This document shows, piece by piece, positions 39,614 through 49,975 of a stretch of DNA of 64,000 bases; the first letter of the stretch is position 1; every line of letters starts with the position of its first letter. The stretch spans positions 34,822 through 98,821 of the forward strand of contig JAGXAY010000001.1 of the NCBI GenBank assembly GCA_018971385.1. The letters are read 5' to 3'. The position numbers were made by a program, and so were the translations under genes. This DNA is from Acidobacteriota bacterium (GTDB lineage Bacteria; Actinomycetota; Acidimicrobiia; Acidimicrobiales; RAAP-2). Under the pieces are notes generated by a model, which saw only the letters and a program-made list of their open reading frames with translations, searched no databases and was not told the DNA's origin.

Positions 39614-40863
39614 CGGCGGTGCTCGATGAGAGCTGCCAGCCCGAAGAGGACGCCTGACAGCGCCGGCCCCCACGTGAGCGAGGCCCTCGACGGTGCGAGG
39701 ATCGCCCACGCCACCTGAGCGAGGAGGGTCACGACAGCGCCCGAGAGGTAGATGGGGGACCGCCCGCCGGCCGCGATATCCACCCAGGTGGCGTAGAGGG
39801 CCAGTGACCAGAGACACGCCCCGAGGGCGACGGGGATGAAGTCCGTAGTCAATCCCGGAAGTGCCGCCCCCTCCCACCGCGGTAGGAGGACGGGAGCAAG
39901 TACCGCGAGACCTAGGGTGGCGAACGAGGCGAAAGCGACCGTAACCCAGGCTCCGAACGACACGAATCGACCGCGCTCACCCCCTCTCACTCGGGGAGTG
40001 ACGACTGAGGTGACGGGTCCCGCGAACATGACGATGGTGGAGCCGAGGAGTACCGCCAGCGCCACGACTCCCGCGCTTTCGGGCGAAAGGTAGTGGCGAG
40101 CGAGCCACGTGGGAACGGTAATCGGCAGAAACAGCACTGCTCCTAGGCCGTACTGAACAAAGCGTCCTTTGAGCGGAGTGGTCGACGAGTCCGCGGGAAG
40201 TATGTCCCCTCGGCGAGATGCCACGAGCATCGCGAGGGCTCCGATAGTCACTGCACTACAGGACGCCACCAGGGTGGCCCCCGCGGGTGTGAGATGACGA
40301 CACAGGAGAAGAAGCAGGATGCGCAGGGCCGCCTGGAGAAAGTTAAGAAGGGCAATCGGAAGGAGCCGACGTTGCGCCAACAAGATAGCGACGGGGAGGC
40401 AGCTCAGTAGGGTCAGGGCTGAGAACAGCATGGCCCCCGCCGCACTCACCCCACTGACCCGCAGGAACGGGGCCACGGCGGGACTGAGAGCAATCAGCAT
40501 TAATGATGCGACGAGCAGGTGTCGGAGGTGTCGCCCCACCACGCGGAGCGAGCCGTGGGCGATGATGTCGAACATGACGGAGTTTTGTACGCCCGCGGAC
40601 GCCACGCCAGCGACCGCTCCCACGTTGAGGAGGGCGGCGAGGGAGGAGAACTCCTTCGTCCCGTAAAATCGGGTGGCGATCAAGCTAAACGCCAGCGTCA
40701 GGACACCGCCCGCCGCAATACCGACCGAGAGCAGTCCGCCGGATTTCAGAATGCCCCCCACTTCACGACGGTGGCTCGACGACTTCCCTGACGGTGCCAC
40801 GAGGCCCCCCTTGCCTCTCGAACGCACGGTTGCGAGTAGTAGCGTACTCTTATGCATCGTCAC
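39583..40863 (-). CDS. Wzx/MATE-like oligosaccharide flippase
   Basis: About 12 hydrophobic segments; ATRFYGTKEFSSLAALL and ARHYLSPESAG patterns. Confidence 0.7.
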   Translation of the reverse strand: MTMHKSTLLLATVRSRGKGGLVAPSGKSSSHRREVGGILKSGGLLSVGIAAGGVLTLAFSLIATRFYGTKEFSSLAALLNVGAVAGVASAGVQNSVMFDIIAHGSLRVVGRHLRHLLVASLMLIALSPAVAPFLRVSGVSAAGAMLFSALTLLSCLPVAILLAQRRLLPIALLNFLQAALRILLLLLCRHLTPAGATLVASCSAVTIGALAMLVASRRGDILPADSSTTPLKGRFVQYGLGAVLFLPITVPTWLARHYLSPESAGVVALAVLLGSTIVMFAGPVTSVVTPRVRGGERGRFVSFGAWVTVAFASFATLGLAVLAPVLLPRWEGAALPGLTTDFIPVALGACLWSLALYATWVDIAAGGRSPIYLSGAVVTLLAQVAWAILAPSRASLTWGPALSGVLFGLAALIEHRRHSSLGPSAG

Positions 40864-40968
40864 GTCGTCGGGAGCGCTAGTTCAACGCTGGTGGCCGCTT
40901 AAGGGCCTCAACACTCATGAAACGTTGGGACATTTCGTGCCGTACCGGCAAAGCCGCGATAGACGCTC

Positions 40969-43965
40969 ATGGACGTTGACGTAGTGAACACTGAGTTAAG
41001 CGAAGACACGTCCACCTCCGCGCGGTCTCAATTCCTGCTTCGGGCCACCCAAATATCGCGCGGGGTGCTCCTCGCATCGCTCGGCGCGCTCCTTGTCAGA
41101 ATTGGTGCCGGACCAGCGTCGGGATTGTCCAACTTCCCCGGCCACTCGACTGACATCCTCTACCTTGTGGTGTGGATTGCCCTCGCCTTCTGGGGCCTCC
41201 TCGAGGCTATTCACCTGATGCTCGTGCCGGTCTCAGATGCGACCCAACGCAACGACGACACCAACATCGAACCCCCGTCACCTGAACAACGTCGCTTTCG
41301 GCTCGTCCTCACCGGCACCGTCCTCACACTGCTCGTCGTAACTTTTCATTCCGCCCTTGAGACCTTTCTCATGACCTACGGCGACGCTCCAACGCTCGGG
41401 CCCACTCACTACATCGCGTCCGCGTTTCCCATGCCCTCTAGTTGGACGTTTGGGCAGTTTGGTGGATTTTCCGTTATCAATATTCGCGTCGTTATACCCG
41501 TCATGCTCAGCACGGTGTTCGCAAAAGTAGGGATCTCGTACGCCATAAGCAAACGTCTGATCATGGTGCTGCCCTTCCTGGCCCTCATTGTATTTGGCGT
41601 TCGATCACTCTTTCGTCGCCTTGGAACACACTCCTCCCTCACGGTGCTCGCCGTTGCATTTTTCCTACTGAATTACTCGATTCTCGATTGGTACGCCGGC
41701 GGATGGTTTCCCATTCTCATAGCCTTCGCTCTCATTCCACTGGTCATCTCCCTCTTTTTTGCGTGGATAGACGCCCCCACGACTCGTGGCGCCTTCTTCC
41801 TCGGTTTGACCGGTGGTGTACTAACACTCATTGACTTACGTGACGCCGTAATTTTGCTCATCGTCGCCCTCCCCTTAATTCTTGCGTCAGTGGGTCGCGG
41901 CGATATTCGCCGACGACTGTGGAGTGAACTCGGAAAACTGCGCGCGGGCACAATCGTGATTGGACTCATCGCGTTTACTCTCGTCATCCTTCCCCAGTTG
42001 GTGGCTATTCAAATCAATTCCTCACAGCACCTCAACGGCATGATCCTGCCAACGAGCTATTACGACGTTTCTAACTTGACCAAGTTCTCTTTTTATTCTC
42101 TGGCTGACACAATGTCGCTATTTAACCCGTGGTGGCCGTACTTTCACTTCTTTGATACTTCGATGCTCCAGAGCGTTCCGGTCATCAACGTGTGGCCCAT
42201 CCTCATTGTGGTCGCGTCCATCTTCATGCGCAGTATCTCCCTCCGTATCCGAGTGGCGCGGGTCATAGGACTGTTTGCGTATCTCCTCGGCTCAGCCTTC
42301 GCCTCCGGAGCCGACTCTCCCTTCAAAGGCCTCAATACATTTCTCTGGAATCACCTTCCGGGATTCAACCTCTTTAGGAATCCCGAGTTATGGATGCAAC
42401 TCGCTCTGCTGGGCGTTCTGCTCATTTTGCCCTCCCTCACCCCACTCTTCCGTGTCGCCACCTTTTCGGGACTGTTTCGCCGACACGGGGCGGAGTGGTC
42501 ATCGTTTCGGTGGGCCGGCACCATAGTCGCCGTCTTGCTCACTGGAGTTCTCGTTCAGGGACTGATGGTCGCGACAGAAGTGGTTCAACATCCAGTGAGC
42601 AACCTCTCCGCACACACGAGCATTTACACCACGAGAGTTCAGAACTATCTCGACCAGCGGCCGGGGAGCGTGCTCTGGGTACCCACCCCACCCGCCATTG
42701 CCTACGGTCACCTCATCAGTAGCGCACATCTCAATGGAGTCACACTCAATTCGTGGTTCAGTGTGGCGGACTTTCCGAATTTGACGTCGGGACAAGTGGC
42801 TTCTGGTGGTCCGATTTACCCCGAACTCTTCTCGAGTCGTTCCACGGCTTGGAGTTTGATCAATCAGTACCGAATTGGATATTTGGTGGTGGACCGCATG
42901 AGTGGGCCATGGTCCCTGATCGGCTCGTCCAACCTCGACACCACAGTCGAGTCCACATTGCGATCTCTCGGAATGACTCTCGAGGCACAGAATGCCGACT
43001 ATGCCATCTTCCGGGCTAATCCGACGCCGATAGTGGAGACGTCTACTCTCGGGGCGACCCTTCCCCCGAGTGGAGACCCGCCTCACTCCACCACGTTCTC
43101 ACCCTCCTCCTTCAAAGTCGCTCAACATGTCATTCCATCTACCGGCGTCCTGAACTTTCCGGGGGGCTACGCCGAGCGGATGCGCTGTGTGGGAACGACA
43201 ACCCCCTGCGTGGTTGTGTCCGCCGCCGGACCACTTACCACGCTCGCGACGCCTGCTCGTCCGTTCACCCTGGTTCCTGGAGATCGAGTTCAAGTCAGTA
43301 CCGCTCTCAACAATGCCGGCGCCGCGGGAGGCATCACCCAAGTCGCCATTGGATGTCAAGGGGTTCCCGTTTCTCTTGGAACCGTGCCCGTTAGCGATGG
43401 ACTTAAGTTCACCCAATTCGACTTTGAGTACACCGGTAGTTCCATTCTGAGTTCGTGCTCTGCGACTGTGAATCTTCTTAATTACTCACCACAAACTTAC
43501 CCCCCACGCCCGAATCGCTTGGAGGTCGCAGTGGTTCAGCTCCGCGTGATGCCCCCTTTATCGCCCCGCACCACTTCCCTGTCACGCGATGTGACCATAA
43601 CCAACCAAACTCACGCCACCACGCCACTCTCCAGCCGAATATCCGATAGGGCTCAAGACTCCTGGACGGTTCAATTTGCGCGCTCCGAACGACCTCGAGT
43701 CGTGGAGTTGTGGCAAACCTTTAGCCCAGGCTGGGTTCTTGACTGCCCCACTGGCAGCGGACGGGTTACTCCTGCCCTCCTAAATGGATGGGCTATGAGT
43801 TTTAGAATTCCGCCGGGAGGGGGGATAAGCTGCACCTTAAATTTCCCCGCTCAGACAACAATTGGTGTGTCAATATGGGTTTCTCTTGGTGGATTAGTAA
43901 TCTTATTCGCATTCTCATTGGTGCCGTCCCGTCGGATTAAGTCCCGCCGAGTAATGTCACTTTGA
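40969..43965 (+). CDS. Large GT-C-like membrane protein (YfhO/AftD-like) with extracytoplasmic domain
   Basis: About 13-15 TM segments, LFRNP, a long soluble region and C-terminal QTFSPGW...LNGWAM followed by a final TM segment. Confidence 0.6.
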   Translation: MDVDVVNTELSEDTSTSARSQFLLRATQISRGVLLASLGALLVRIGAGPASGLSNFPGHSTDILYLVVWIALAFWGLLEAIHLMLVPVSDATQRNDDTNIEPPSPEQRRFRLVLTGTVLTLLVVTFHSALETFLMTYGDAPTLGPTHYIASAFPMPSSWTFGQFGGFSVINIRVVIPVMLSTVFAKVGISYAISKRLIMVLPFLALIVFGVRSLFRRLGTHSSLTVLAVAFFLLNYSILDWYAGGWFPILIAFALIPLVISLFFAWIDAPTTRGAFFLGLTGGVLTLIDLRDAVILLIVALPLILASVGRGDIRRRLWSELGKLRAGTIVIGLIAFTLVILPQLVAIQINSSQHLNGMILPTSYYDVSNLTKFSFYSLADTMSLFNPWWPYFHFFDTSMLQSVPVINVWPILIVVASIFMRSISLRIRVARVIGLFAYLLGSAFASGADSPFKGLNTFLWNHLPGFNLFRNPELWMQLALLGVLLILPSLTPLFRVATFSGLFRRHGAEWSSFRWAGTIVAVLLTGVLVQGLMVATEVVQHPVSNLSAHTSIYTTRVQNYLDQRPGSVLWVPTPPAIAYGHLISSAHLNGVTLNSWFSVADFPNLTSGQVASGGPIYPELFSSRSTAWSLINQYRIGYLVVDRMSGPWSLIGSSNLDTTVESTLRSLGMTLEAQNADYAIFRANPTPIVETSTLGATLPPSGDPPHSTTFSPSSFKVAQHVIPSTGVLNFPGGYAERMRCVGTTTPCVVVSAAGPLTTLATPARPFTLVPGDRVQVSTALNNAGAAGGITQVAIGCQGVPVSLGTVPVSDGLKFTQFDFEYTGSSILSSCSATVNLLNYSPQTYPPRPNRLEVAVVQLRVMPPLSPRTTSLSRDVTITNQTHATTPLSSRISDRAQDSWTVQFARSERPRVVELWQTFSPGWVLDCPTGSGRVTPALLNGWAMSFRIPPGGGISCTLNFPAQTTIGVSIWVSLGGLVILFAFSLVPSRRIKSRRVMSL

Positions 43966-44459
43966 GTGACGAAATCTCAACGCGCATTCAGTCCGTCATG
44001 ACGCGCTCGCCAGCGCCGGGTCGTTCTTGAGTTCGATTTCTTTGAGATTAGTCATGGAATTTTCGCGGAAGTTGTTGGACATTGCTGCGGATCACCTGAC
44101 ACCATGACCTGCCCCCGAGATGTTTTCCACTTCACTTGTCGAGTTCGGGCATTGATGAAAGGCGGCGGATTTAACCGGACATTCTCCTTTTGAAGATCCC
44201 TGAGCAAACCCGCGGCGTCTCTCTTCATGCCACCAAACTGGTTCTGCGGGAACAGTGAGATTCCCCAGAAATAGTGGACACCCGACAAGCCAGTCCGATG
44301 GATTGGCTGAGAGGATGTCACCATGGCAACCAGAAGAAAGTTCACGTTGGAGTTTCGAATCGAGGCCGCGCATCGCGTCATCGACTCGGGTCGCAGCGTC
44401 ACCGAAGTCGCGAGAGTGATTCGGCCTGGGTTTAGTGGAGACTCTTCCGCTTCACTCCA

Positions 44460-45383
44460 TCATGCCGCGTTGACCTGATTCTTGTCAGCGTAGTTGGCCT
44501 CGAACTCTGAGGGGGAGAGGTCGCCGAGCTCTGTGTGGATGCGCTCCTCGTTGAACCAATGAATCCATTTGGAGATGGCCAGTTCCAGGTCATCGAGCCC
44601 CTTCCAGTGGCCACCCACATCGGACAGGACCGCGGGGTTGCGAAAGAGTTCAGTTTTGAAGAGTGCGAACATGCACTCGGCGAGGGCATTATCGAACGAA
44701 TCGCCGACGGTGCCAATCGACGGCTTGGCGCCGATCTCTCCGAGTCGGTCGGTGTAGGAAATGGACGTGTATTGACTTCCGGCGTCTGAGTGGCAACGCA
44801 ATTGTTCGATGGAGATGTGACGCCTCGTCCAGGCCGCCATGTTCAGGGCGTCCACCACGAGGTGGGCGGTCATCGAGCGTGACGCCTTCCACCCGACGAT
44901 CTTGCGGCCAAAGACGTCGGTGACGAAGGCGACGTAGACAATGCCACTCCAGGTGGAGCAGTAGGTGAAATCGCAGACCCATAACTGGTTGGGCCGGGTG
45001 GCGCTGAAGTTGCGACTCACGAGGTCGGGTGCGCGCACTGCGTCCTTGTCGGCGTGAGTGGTGAAGCGCTTCTTCGCTCGAGACGCGCCCACAATGCCCT
45101 GGCATTTCATCAGACGCTCGACCTGATCTCGACCGATCTCCAGACCCTTGCGACACGCCGCCGTGTGCAGTTTGCGACGTCCGTAGACCGAGTAGTTGGC
45201 TTTCCAGATCTCTTTGAGTTGTGGGCCGAGTTCGCGGTCCTTCAGTGATCTCTTGGACGCCGGACGGGACTTAGCGGCGTAGTAGGTGCTGGGGGCAACC
45301 CGCAGTTGTTCGCAGATTGGCTCGACTCCCCACGTGAGCCCACCGGTCGACTCTGACCGGTGGGCGTCGATGTAGGTAACTAC
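44460..45383 (-). CDS. IS3 OrfB DDE transposase of element B
   Basis: Open from about 45383 (VTYIDAHR..GVEPICEQL); WVCDFTY, HSDAGSQY and DNALAE catalytic motifs. Confidence 0.9.
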   Translation of the reverse strand, partial: VVTYIDAHRSESTGGLTWGVEPICEQLRVAPSTYYAAKSRPASKRSLKDRELGPQLKEIWKANYSVYGRRKLHTAACRKGLEIGRDQVERLMKCQGIVGASRAKKRFTTHADKDAVRAPDLVSRNFSATRPNQLWVCDFTYCSTWSGIVYVAFVTDVFGRKIVGWKASRSMTAHLVVDALNMAAWTRRHISIEQLRCHSDAGSQYTSISYTDRLGEIGAKPSIGTVGDSFDNALAECMFALFKTELFRNPAVLSDVGGHWKGLDDLELAISKWIHWFNEERIHTELGDLSPSEFEANYADKNQVNAA

Positions 45384-45709
45384 TTCTGTGATCGGCGGTC
45401 GAGCTCCGCCCCGAAGAAAGCTGAGGCCGACTGCAGAATCGCGTTGGCTCGTCTCAACTCTTTGACCTCTCGGCGCAGCTTCGTGAGCTCATCACGCTCC
45501 GCGTCGGTCATGCCGGCGCGCAGGCCCATCTGGATCTCAGATCTCTTGACCCAGGTCCGAAGTGACTCGCTGCCCACCCCGAGTTCACGGGCCACTCGGC
45601 TGAACACACCGTGGTCGTTGGGGTCCTCTCGCTGAAGTTCCAGGACCATTTTCACGGCCCGCTCCTTCAGCTCATCGGGGTATCGCCTCTGCGATGAATT
45701 CTTTGTCAT
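45380..45709 (-). CDS. IS3 OrfA of element B
   Basis: RRYPDELKERAV HTH, ELRRANAILQSASAFFGAELDR; stop overlaps OrfB. Confidence 0.92.
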   Translation of the reverse strand: MTKNSSQRRYPDELKERAVKMVLELQREDPNDHGVFSRVARELGVGSESLRTWVKRSEIQMGLRAGMTDAERDELTKLRREVKELRRANAILQSASAFFGAELDRRSQK

Positions 45710-45929
45710 GCTCCATCCTCTTCCAAGAGGAGAAGTCTCTACAATTCCCAGGCCGAATCAGAGAGATCGCGGTGTCAGAGACCGTGTTGTTCCGCTGGGT
45801 CCGCGACGAGCGTCGTCGCATGGAAGCACTGGCGGGGACGAGTGATGAGCCCTTGAGCGCGAGCGAGCGCGCCGAGCTGGTGCGTCTGCGTCGTCAGGTG
45901 GCCGAGCAGGAGAAGGACAACGAGTTCTT

Positions 45930-46846
45930 AAAAAAAGCAGCCGCGTACTTCGCCGCGAATCCACCAAAGCGCAAAGGTTCGCTTTGATGCAGGCGGAGTG
46001 CGCGAACTACGAGATCGAGCGCATGGCCAGGTTGCTCGAGGTATCGCGCTCGGGCTTTTACAAGTGGCGCCTGGCCCAGCACCGCACCTCCCCTCGACAC
46101 CAGCGCCGCGAGAGGATCGACGAGAGGATCGTCGAGTCTCACGCGCCACCTACGGCTCTCCGCGCATCACGAAGGACCTCAAGGACACGGGTGTGCACGT
46201 GAACGAAAAGACGGTGGCCAAACGAATGAGGGCCCTGGGACTACAGGGGATCTGTCCGCGTCTGTTCAAGGTGACGACGAAGGCCGACCCGAACGCCAGT
46301 TACCCCGCGGACCGAGTGCAGCGTCGCTTCGACCAGGGAGCACTCGACCTCGTGTGGACGAGCGATATCACCTACATGACCATCGGCACCGGCGAGGCCT
46401 ACCTGTGCTCGATTCGCGACGAGCACTCTGGGCGGGTCCTCGGGTGGGCGCTCGCCAATCACATGCGCGCTGAACTCGTCGAGGAGGCCCTGCGTGACGC
46501 CGCAAGGTGTCGCGACTACGTCTGCGTGGGGACGATTCTTCACACCGACCGAGGCGGCCAGTTCACCGATGCTGACGTCGTGGCGTTGTGTGGTCGCCTC
46601 GGCATCACCCGCTCCATGGGTCAGACCGGCTCGTGTTACGACCACGCCAGCGCCGAGAGCTTCTGGTCGATCTTCAAACACGAGTACTTCTACCGCCACG
46701 TGTTCGCCAACATGGACGAACTGCGTGCCGGGATCAAGGACTACATCGACTTCTACAACAACGTCCGTCGCTACTCGAAGGTGGGCAACGTCAGTCCCGT
46801 CAACTACGAGTTATCGTTGGCAGCAGCAACACGCATCGCAGCATAG
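45930..46846 (+). pseudogene. IS3 OrfB of element A, with an internal frameshift near 46140
   Basis: [29 protein letters not shown] is in one frame; [30 protein letters not shown] is in another. Confidence 0.85.
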
Positions 46847-47087
46847 AAACCGTGTCCACTTTTCCTGGGGAATCTCACAGGTCGACTCGGAAATCTAGAG
46901 AAATCGACAGACCTCGGCCAGCGGTGCCCCTTGGTTCAACCGTCGTTGCCCTTCAGCGAGCTATCTGATCACTTGCTCGGGTGTGGTGTCGTTGCTTCTG
47001 CATGCAGTCCTCCTCATTCCATTCTGGAACATCTGGACCCGCCCAATTAGTGGATTTATTTCAGGCGGTCAGGCCACGAATAGAGCG

Positions 47088-48239
47088 TTATACATCAAAC
47101 CACGCCTGTGTAATTTTACCGATATTTTTAGCTGAAAACCGTTCGAGCGCAAATTCTCGACACAGATTTTGGTCTGCGACCGGCTTATCCTGCAACGACA
47201 GATTCCTTATCAAGGTTTCGGCCTCCGCATCATTAGTACCATCGACTACCCACCCAATTCCTCTGGGCACCAATGTCTTCGGAATTCTAATTGTGCCGTC
47301 GTTTTTTCCGCCAACGGCAGGCACATCCGAAACAATGACCGGGCGACCACAGGCGAGAGCCTCAACTCCTGGTCGACTTAGATAGTCAACATCGGCAGGG
47401 GACCACACCAACTCGGCCCACTGGTAATACTGTGCAAGCTCCCTGCGATCTGATACGTACGGAATGTACCTAAAGCTATCTTTCGAATTTGGGTCGCGAG
47501 GCGGTCCAATGATTGTTAGTTCCGCCAATCCCTCCTCCACCATTTTCATCATTACTCGTTGGCATTGACCAAATTTCTCGTAATCCGTTCGGCCTACGTA
47601 GAGAATTCGTAATTTACCTTCACGAACATCACTTTGTTCAATTGGAGATGAAAAAAACACATGATCAGCCCAATGCTCAACCGGAATGACTGCACGATTT
47701 AAAAGCACCTCATGAAGGTCCTTAGCGCTTGTTTGGGAATTGCAGATGGCGCCTTTGGTGGCAGACAGAATGCGACTCGTCAACCAGCGACTTGATTTTC
47801 CAAGCCATGAAACATAACCGTGGTATCCCAGCCAAATCGATGCTCCCGATATAAGGCGACAGGGTCGGAGTAGCGCAGTCGTCGCAATACCATTCCCAAC
47901 TACGACACCTGGCTTTCGGCGCCAAACCACGAAAAAAGCAATGACCGTCAACGGTAAGACATACGCGAAATTAAGCCAAAGCATATATCGACGAGCCGCA
48001 AATCGACCAATTTTCAAGTAGTCACCCATTGGCCAGGTAATCCACTCGACTTCAGGCAATCGCTGTCTGGGCGGAACTCCATATGCGACAACCACCCAAC
48101 GGATCTCCGGAGAGTTTGCAATGATGTCTTCGAACCAACCCCAACTCCCATACTTCAGTGCAGGAGATACCACAACCGCAATTTGTCCCGGTGAACTCTT
48201 ACTGTGTGCGCCGAAACGACCCTGCATATATTTATGCAT
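47088..48239 (-). CDS. Glycosyltransferase family 4
   Basis: ILYVGR, YYQWAE and GVEALACGRPVIVSD motifs. Confidence 0.8.
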   Translation of the reverse strand: MHKYMQGRFGAHSKSSPGQIAVVVSPALKYGSWGWFEDIIANSPEIRWVVVAYGVPPRQRLPEVEWITWPMGDYLKIGRFAARRYMLWLNFAYVLPLTVIAFFVVWRRKPGVVVGNGIATTALLRPCRLISGASIWLGYHGYVSWLGKSSRWLTSRILSATKGAICNSQTSAKDLHEVLLNRAVIPVEHWADHVFFSSPIEQSDVREGKLRILYVGRTDYEKFGQCQRVMMKMVEEGLAELTIIGPPRDPNSKDSFRYIPYVSDRRELAQYYQWAELVWSPADVDYLSRPGVEALACGRPVIVSDVPAVGGKNDGTIRIPKTLVPRGIGWVVDGTNDAEAETLIRNLSLQDKPVADQNLCREFALERFSAKNIGKITQAWFDV

Positions 48240-48296
48240 TTCCCATAACCTTCGAAAAAACCTTCCGATAATTCGACATCTCGGACTATGTGGACT

Positions 48297-49421
48297 TTAC
48301 GAAAGATGCGGTTGCCATGCAGAAAGAACTTCGGCAATATGTTCTTTCTCGGTAAGAGAAAGGGATTCTCTAACGGGTATCGAAAGTACAGAATTTGCGA
48401 GGATCTCGGCATTTTTACAACTAACACCGAAACCTAATTCCTTTACCACTGGATGCCCCGAAAGAGTGTACGGATAGTAAGCACGCGTTTCTACCTCATG
48501 AAGATGTGCCCAATTCTGTAGGTCATCGCGATATTTTCTATTTTCCAGTCTCAGCGTGTACTGATGGAAACAACTGATGCTCGCTCCAACTTCGAATGGT
48601 GGCAAAACAATATTTTCATTTAGGATCGAATCGTTGAAGTATTGAGCATTGCCCCTGCGCCCCATTGTTACGGTATCGATTTTTTCAAATTGCACGCGCA
48701 GTATTGCAGCTTGCAGATCCGTCATCCTTCCGTTGTATCCAACGGCCTGATGCTTATACGTTTCAATGGATCCATGACTACGAAGTAACTTCACTCGTTC
48801 GGCAATTGACGGATCGTCCGTTACGACTAGCCCCCCTTCACCGCATGCAATATTCTTACTTCCGTAGAAGGAGAACACGGATGTGCCAGTGCTGCCAATT
48901 TCGCCGATTCCTTCAACTTGTGCCCCTATTGCTTGGCACGCATCTTCAAGAACATAAATTCCATTTTCGACTGCGATTTTACGTATTTCCACCAAATCAA
49001 CAGGTCTGCCGTACAAGTGAACCGGCAATATGACCTTTGTTTTGTCAGTAATTAGTGACTTAATTTCCTCCACAGAAATATTCGATGTTTCGACATCAAT
49101 GTCTGCGAATATCGGGATTGCCCCAAGCTGAATAATGGGCTCAATGGTTCCAATGAAAGAAAATGATGTAGTAATTACCTCATCTCCAGGACCCACTCCC
49201 ATTGCCGCCAGGGCCAAAGTTATTCCCACCGTGCCATTTGAAACGGCGATGCATTGCGCCCCATCAAATCTTTTCGAAAAGGCATTCTCAACGTCAACCG
49301 TCTCTTGACCCATTGCAAGCTGACCAGTTCTCAGTACCCGAAGTACCGCCTCCTCGGTGGACTCATCGAGTGTTAATTTTGAGATTGAAATCACTGTGGG
49401 CTCCATCCACATTGTTGACAC
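48297..49421 (-). CDS. DegT/DnrJ/EryC1/StrS aminotransferase (WbpE/WlbC-like)
   Basis: SNGT, GDEVIT, PVHLYG, LEDACQAIG and PLP lysine in SFYGSKNIACGEGG. Confidence 0.93.
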   Translation of the reverse strand: MSTMWMEPTVISISKLTLDESTEEAVLRVLRTGQLAMGQETVDVENAFSKRFDGAQCIAVSNGTVGITLALAAMGVGPGDEVITTSFSFIGTIEPIIQLGAIPIFADIDVETSNISVEEIKSLITDKTKVILPVHLYGRPVDLVEIRKIAVENGIYVLEDACQAIGAQVEGIGEIGSTGTSVFSFYGSKNIACGEGGLVVTDDPSIAERVKLLRSHGSIETYKHQAVGYNGRMTDLQAAILRVQFEKIDTVTMGRRGNAQYFNDSILNENIVLPPFEVGASISCFHQYTLRLENRKYRDDLQNWAHLHEVETRAYYPYTLSGHPVVKELGFGVSCKNAEILANSVLSIPVRESLSLTEKEHIAEVLSAWQPHLS

Positions 49422-49975
49422 ATGTCAGTTGTACGTTTTCCGCAAAAACAGACCCATCCAATTTGCTTCGCGGGATTTCCCACTACCTGCGCGTGAGACG
49501 GAACCACTCGCGTCACTACACTTCCGGCTCCAACAAGAGCCCAATCCCCTACAGTGGTGCATACGATTACTGAACCAGCACCGATTGCTGCACCTTCTCC
49601 GATAGTGCAGCCGGTCGAAGTCCAGTCCGATGCGCCGAGAACCCTACCATCTTTTGCGATTGCTCGCGGATGAAGATCATTCGTCAATACGACGTGTGGG
49701 CCAATGAAGACCCCTTTGCCAACTACTGCCGGTGCGTAGATTTCTGCTCCATTTTGGATTTTCGAATTATCACCAATTCGAACATTTTCGTCAATAAAAC
49801 AACTTTTACCAATAATGGTGTTATCTCCAACTATTGCACCTTCTCGGATTTGGGTGAAGTGCCATACTTTGACACCCAATCCAAGATGCACGCCATCTTC
49901 AACGATTGCCGTAGAAGCCACAAAGCGAGATTTTGACATTTCGGGAATTGGAGCCACACTGTTTACGTCAGTCAT
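49391..49975 (-). CDS. Hexapeptide-repeat N-acyltransferase (WbpD/WlbB-like)
   Basis: VKVWHFTQI, KIQNG, GPHVVLTND..PR and GNPAKQIGWVCFCG motifs. Confidence 0.9.
   Translation of the reverse strand: MTDVNSVAPIPEMSKSRFVASTAIVEDGVHLGLGVKVWHFTQIREGAIVGDNTIIGKSCFIDENVRIGDNSKIQNGAEIYAPAVVGKGVFIGPHVVLTNDLHPRAIAKDGRVLGASDWTSTGCTIGEGAAIGAGSVIVCTTVGDWALVGAGSVVTRVVPSHAQVVGNPAKQIGWVCFCGKRTTDMCQQCGWSPQ

Larger units (their letters stand above)
44417..45760 (-). mobile_element. IS3-family element B (IS51/IS6110-like), apparently intact, 1344 bp
   Basis: 26-bp IRs TGATTCGGCCTGGGTTTAGTGGAGAC and TGATTCGGCCTGGGAATTGTAGAGAC; 3-bp target duplication GAG (44414-44416 and 45761-45763). Confidence 0.94.
44323..45987 (+). 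pseudogene. IS3 OrfA of element A, split into 44323-44416 and 45764-45987
   Basis: Removing element B and one GAG copy restores MATRRKFTLEFRIEAAHRVIDSGRSVTEVAREIAVSETVLFRWVRDERR...[11 protein letters not shown]7G slippery site at 45930-45937. Confidence 0.88.
44256..46877 (+). mobile_element. IS3-family element A, interrupted by element B
   Basis: 26-bp terminal IRs TGAGATTCCCCAGAAATAGTGGACAC and TGAGATTCCCCAGGAAAAGTGGACAC (2 mismatches); 3-bp target duplication CAG (44253-44255 and 46878-46880). Confidence 0.93.
44105..47071 (-). mobile_element. Degenerate, internally deleted IS3-family (IS407-like) element; outermost layer of the nest
   Basis: RBS GAGGAGG and ATG 47003; OrfA remnant MQKQRH/TPEQVIR*LAEG...VCRFL*ISEST continues across the nest as QNQFGGMKRDAAGLLRDLQKENVRL. 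Ends resemble TGACC(T)GCC; no target duplication seen. Confidence 0.6.

Noticed and set aside
44052-47071. Target-site duplication and perfect IRs for the outer IS remnant
   Set aside because: The flanks (ACCA and GGCC) differ and the ends share only TGACC..GCC..TCCAC, so its boundaries are tentative.
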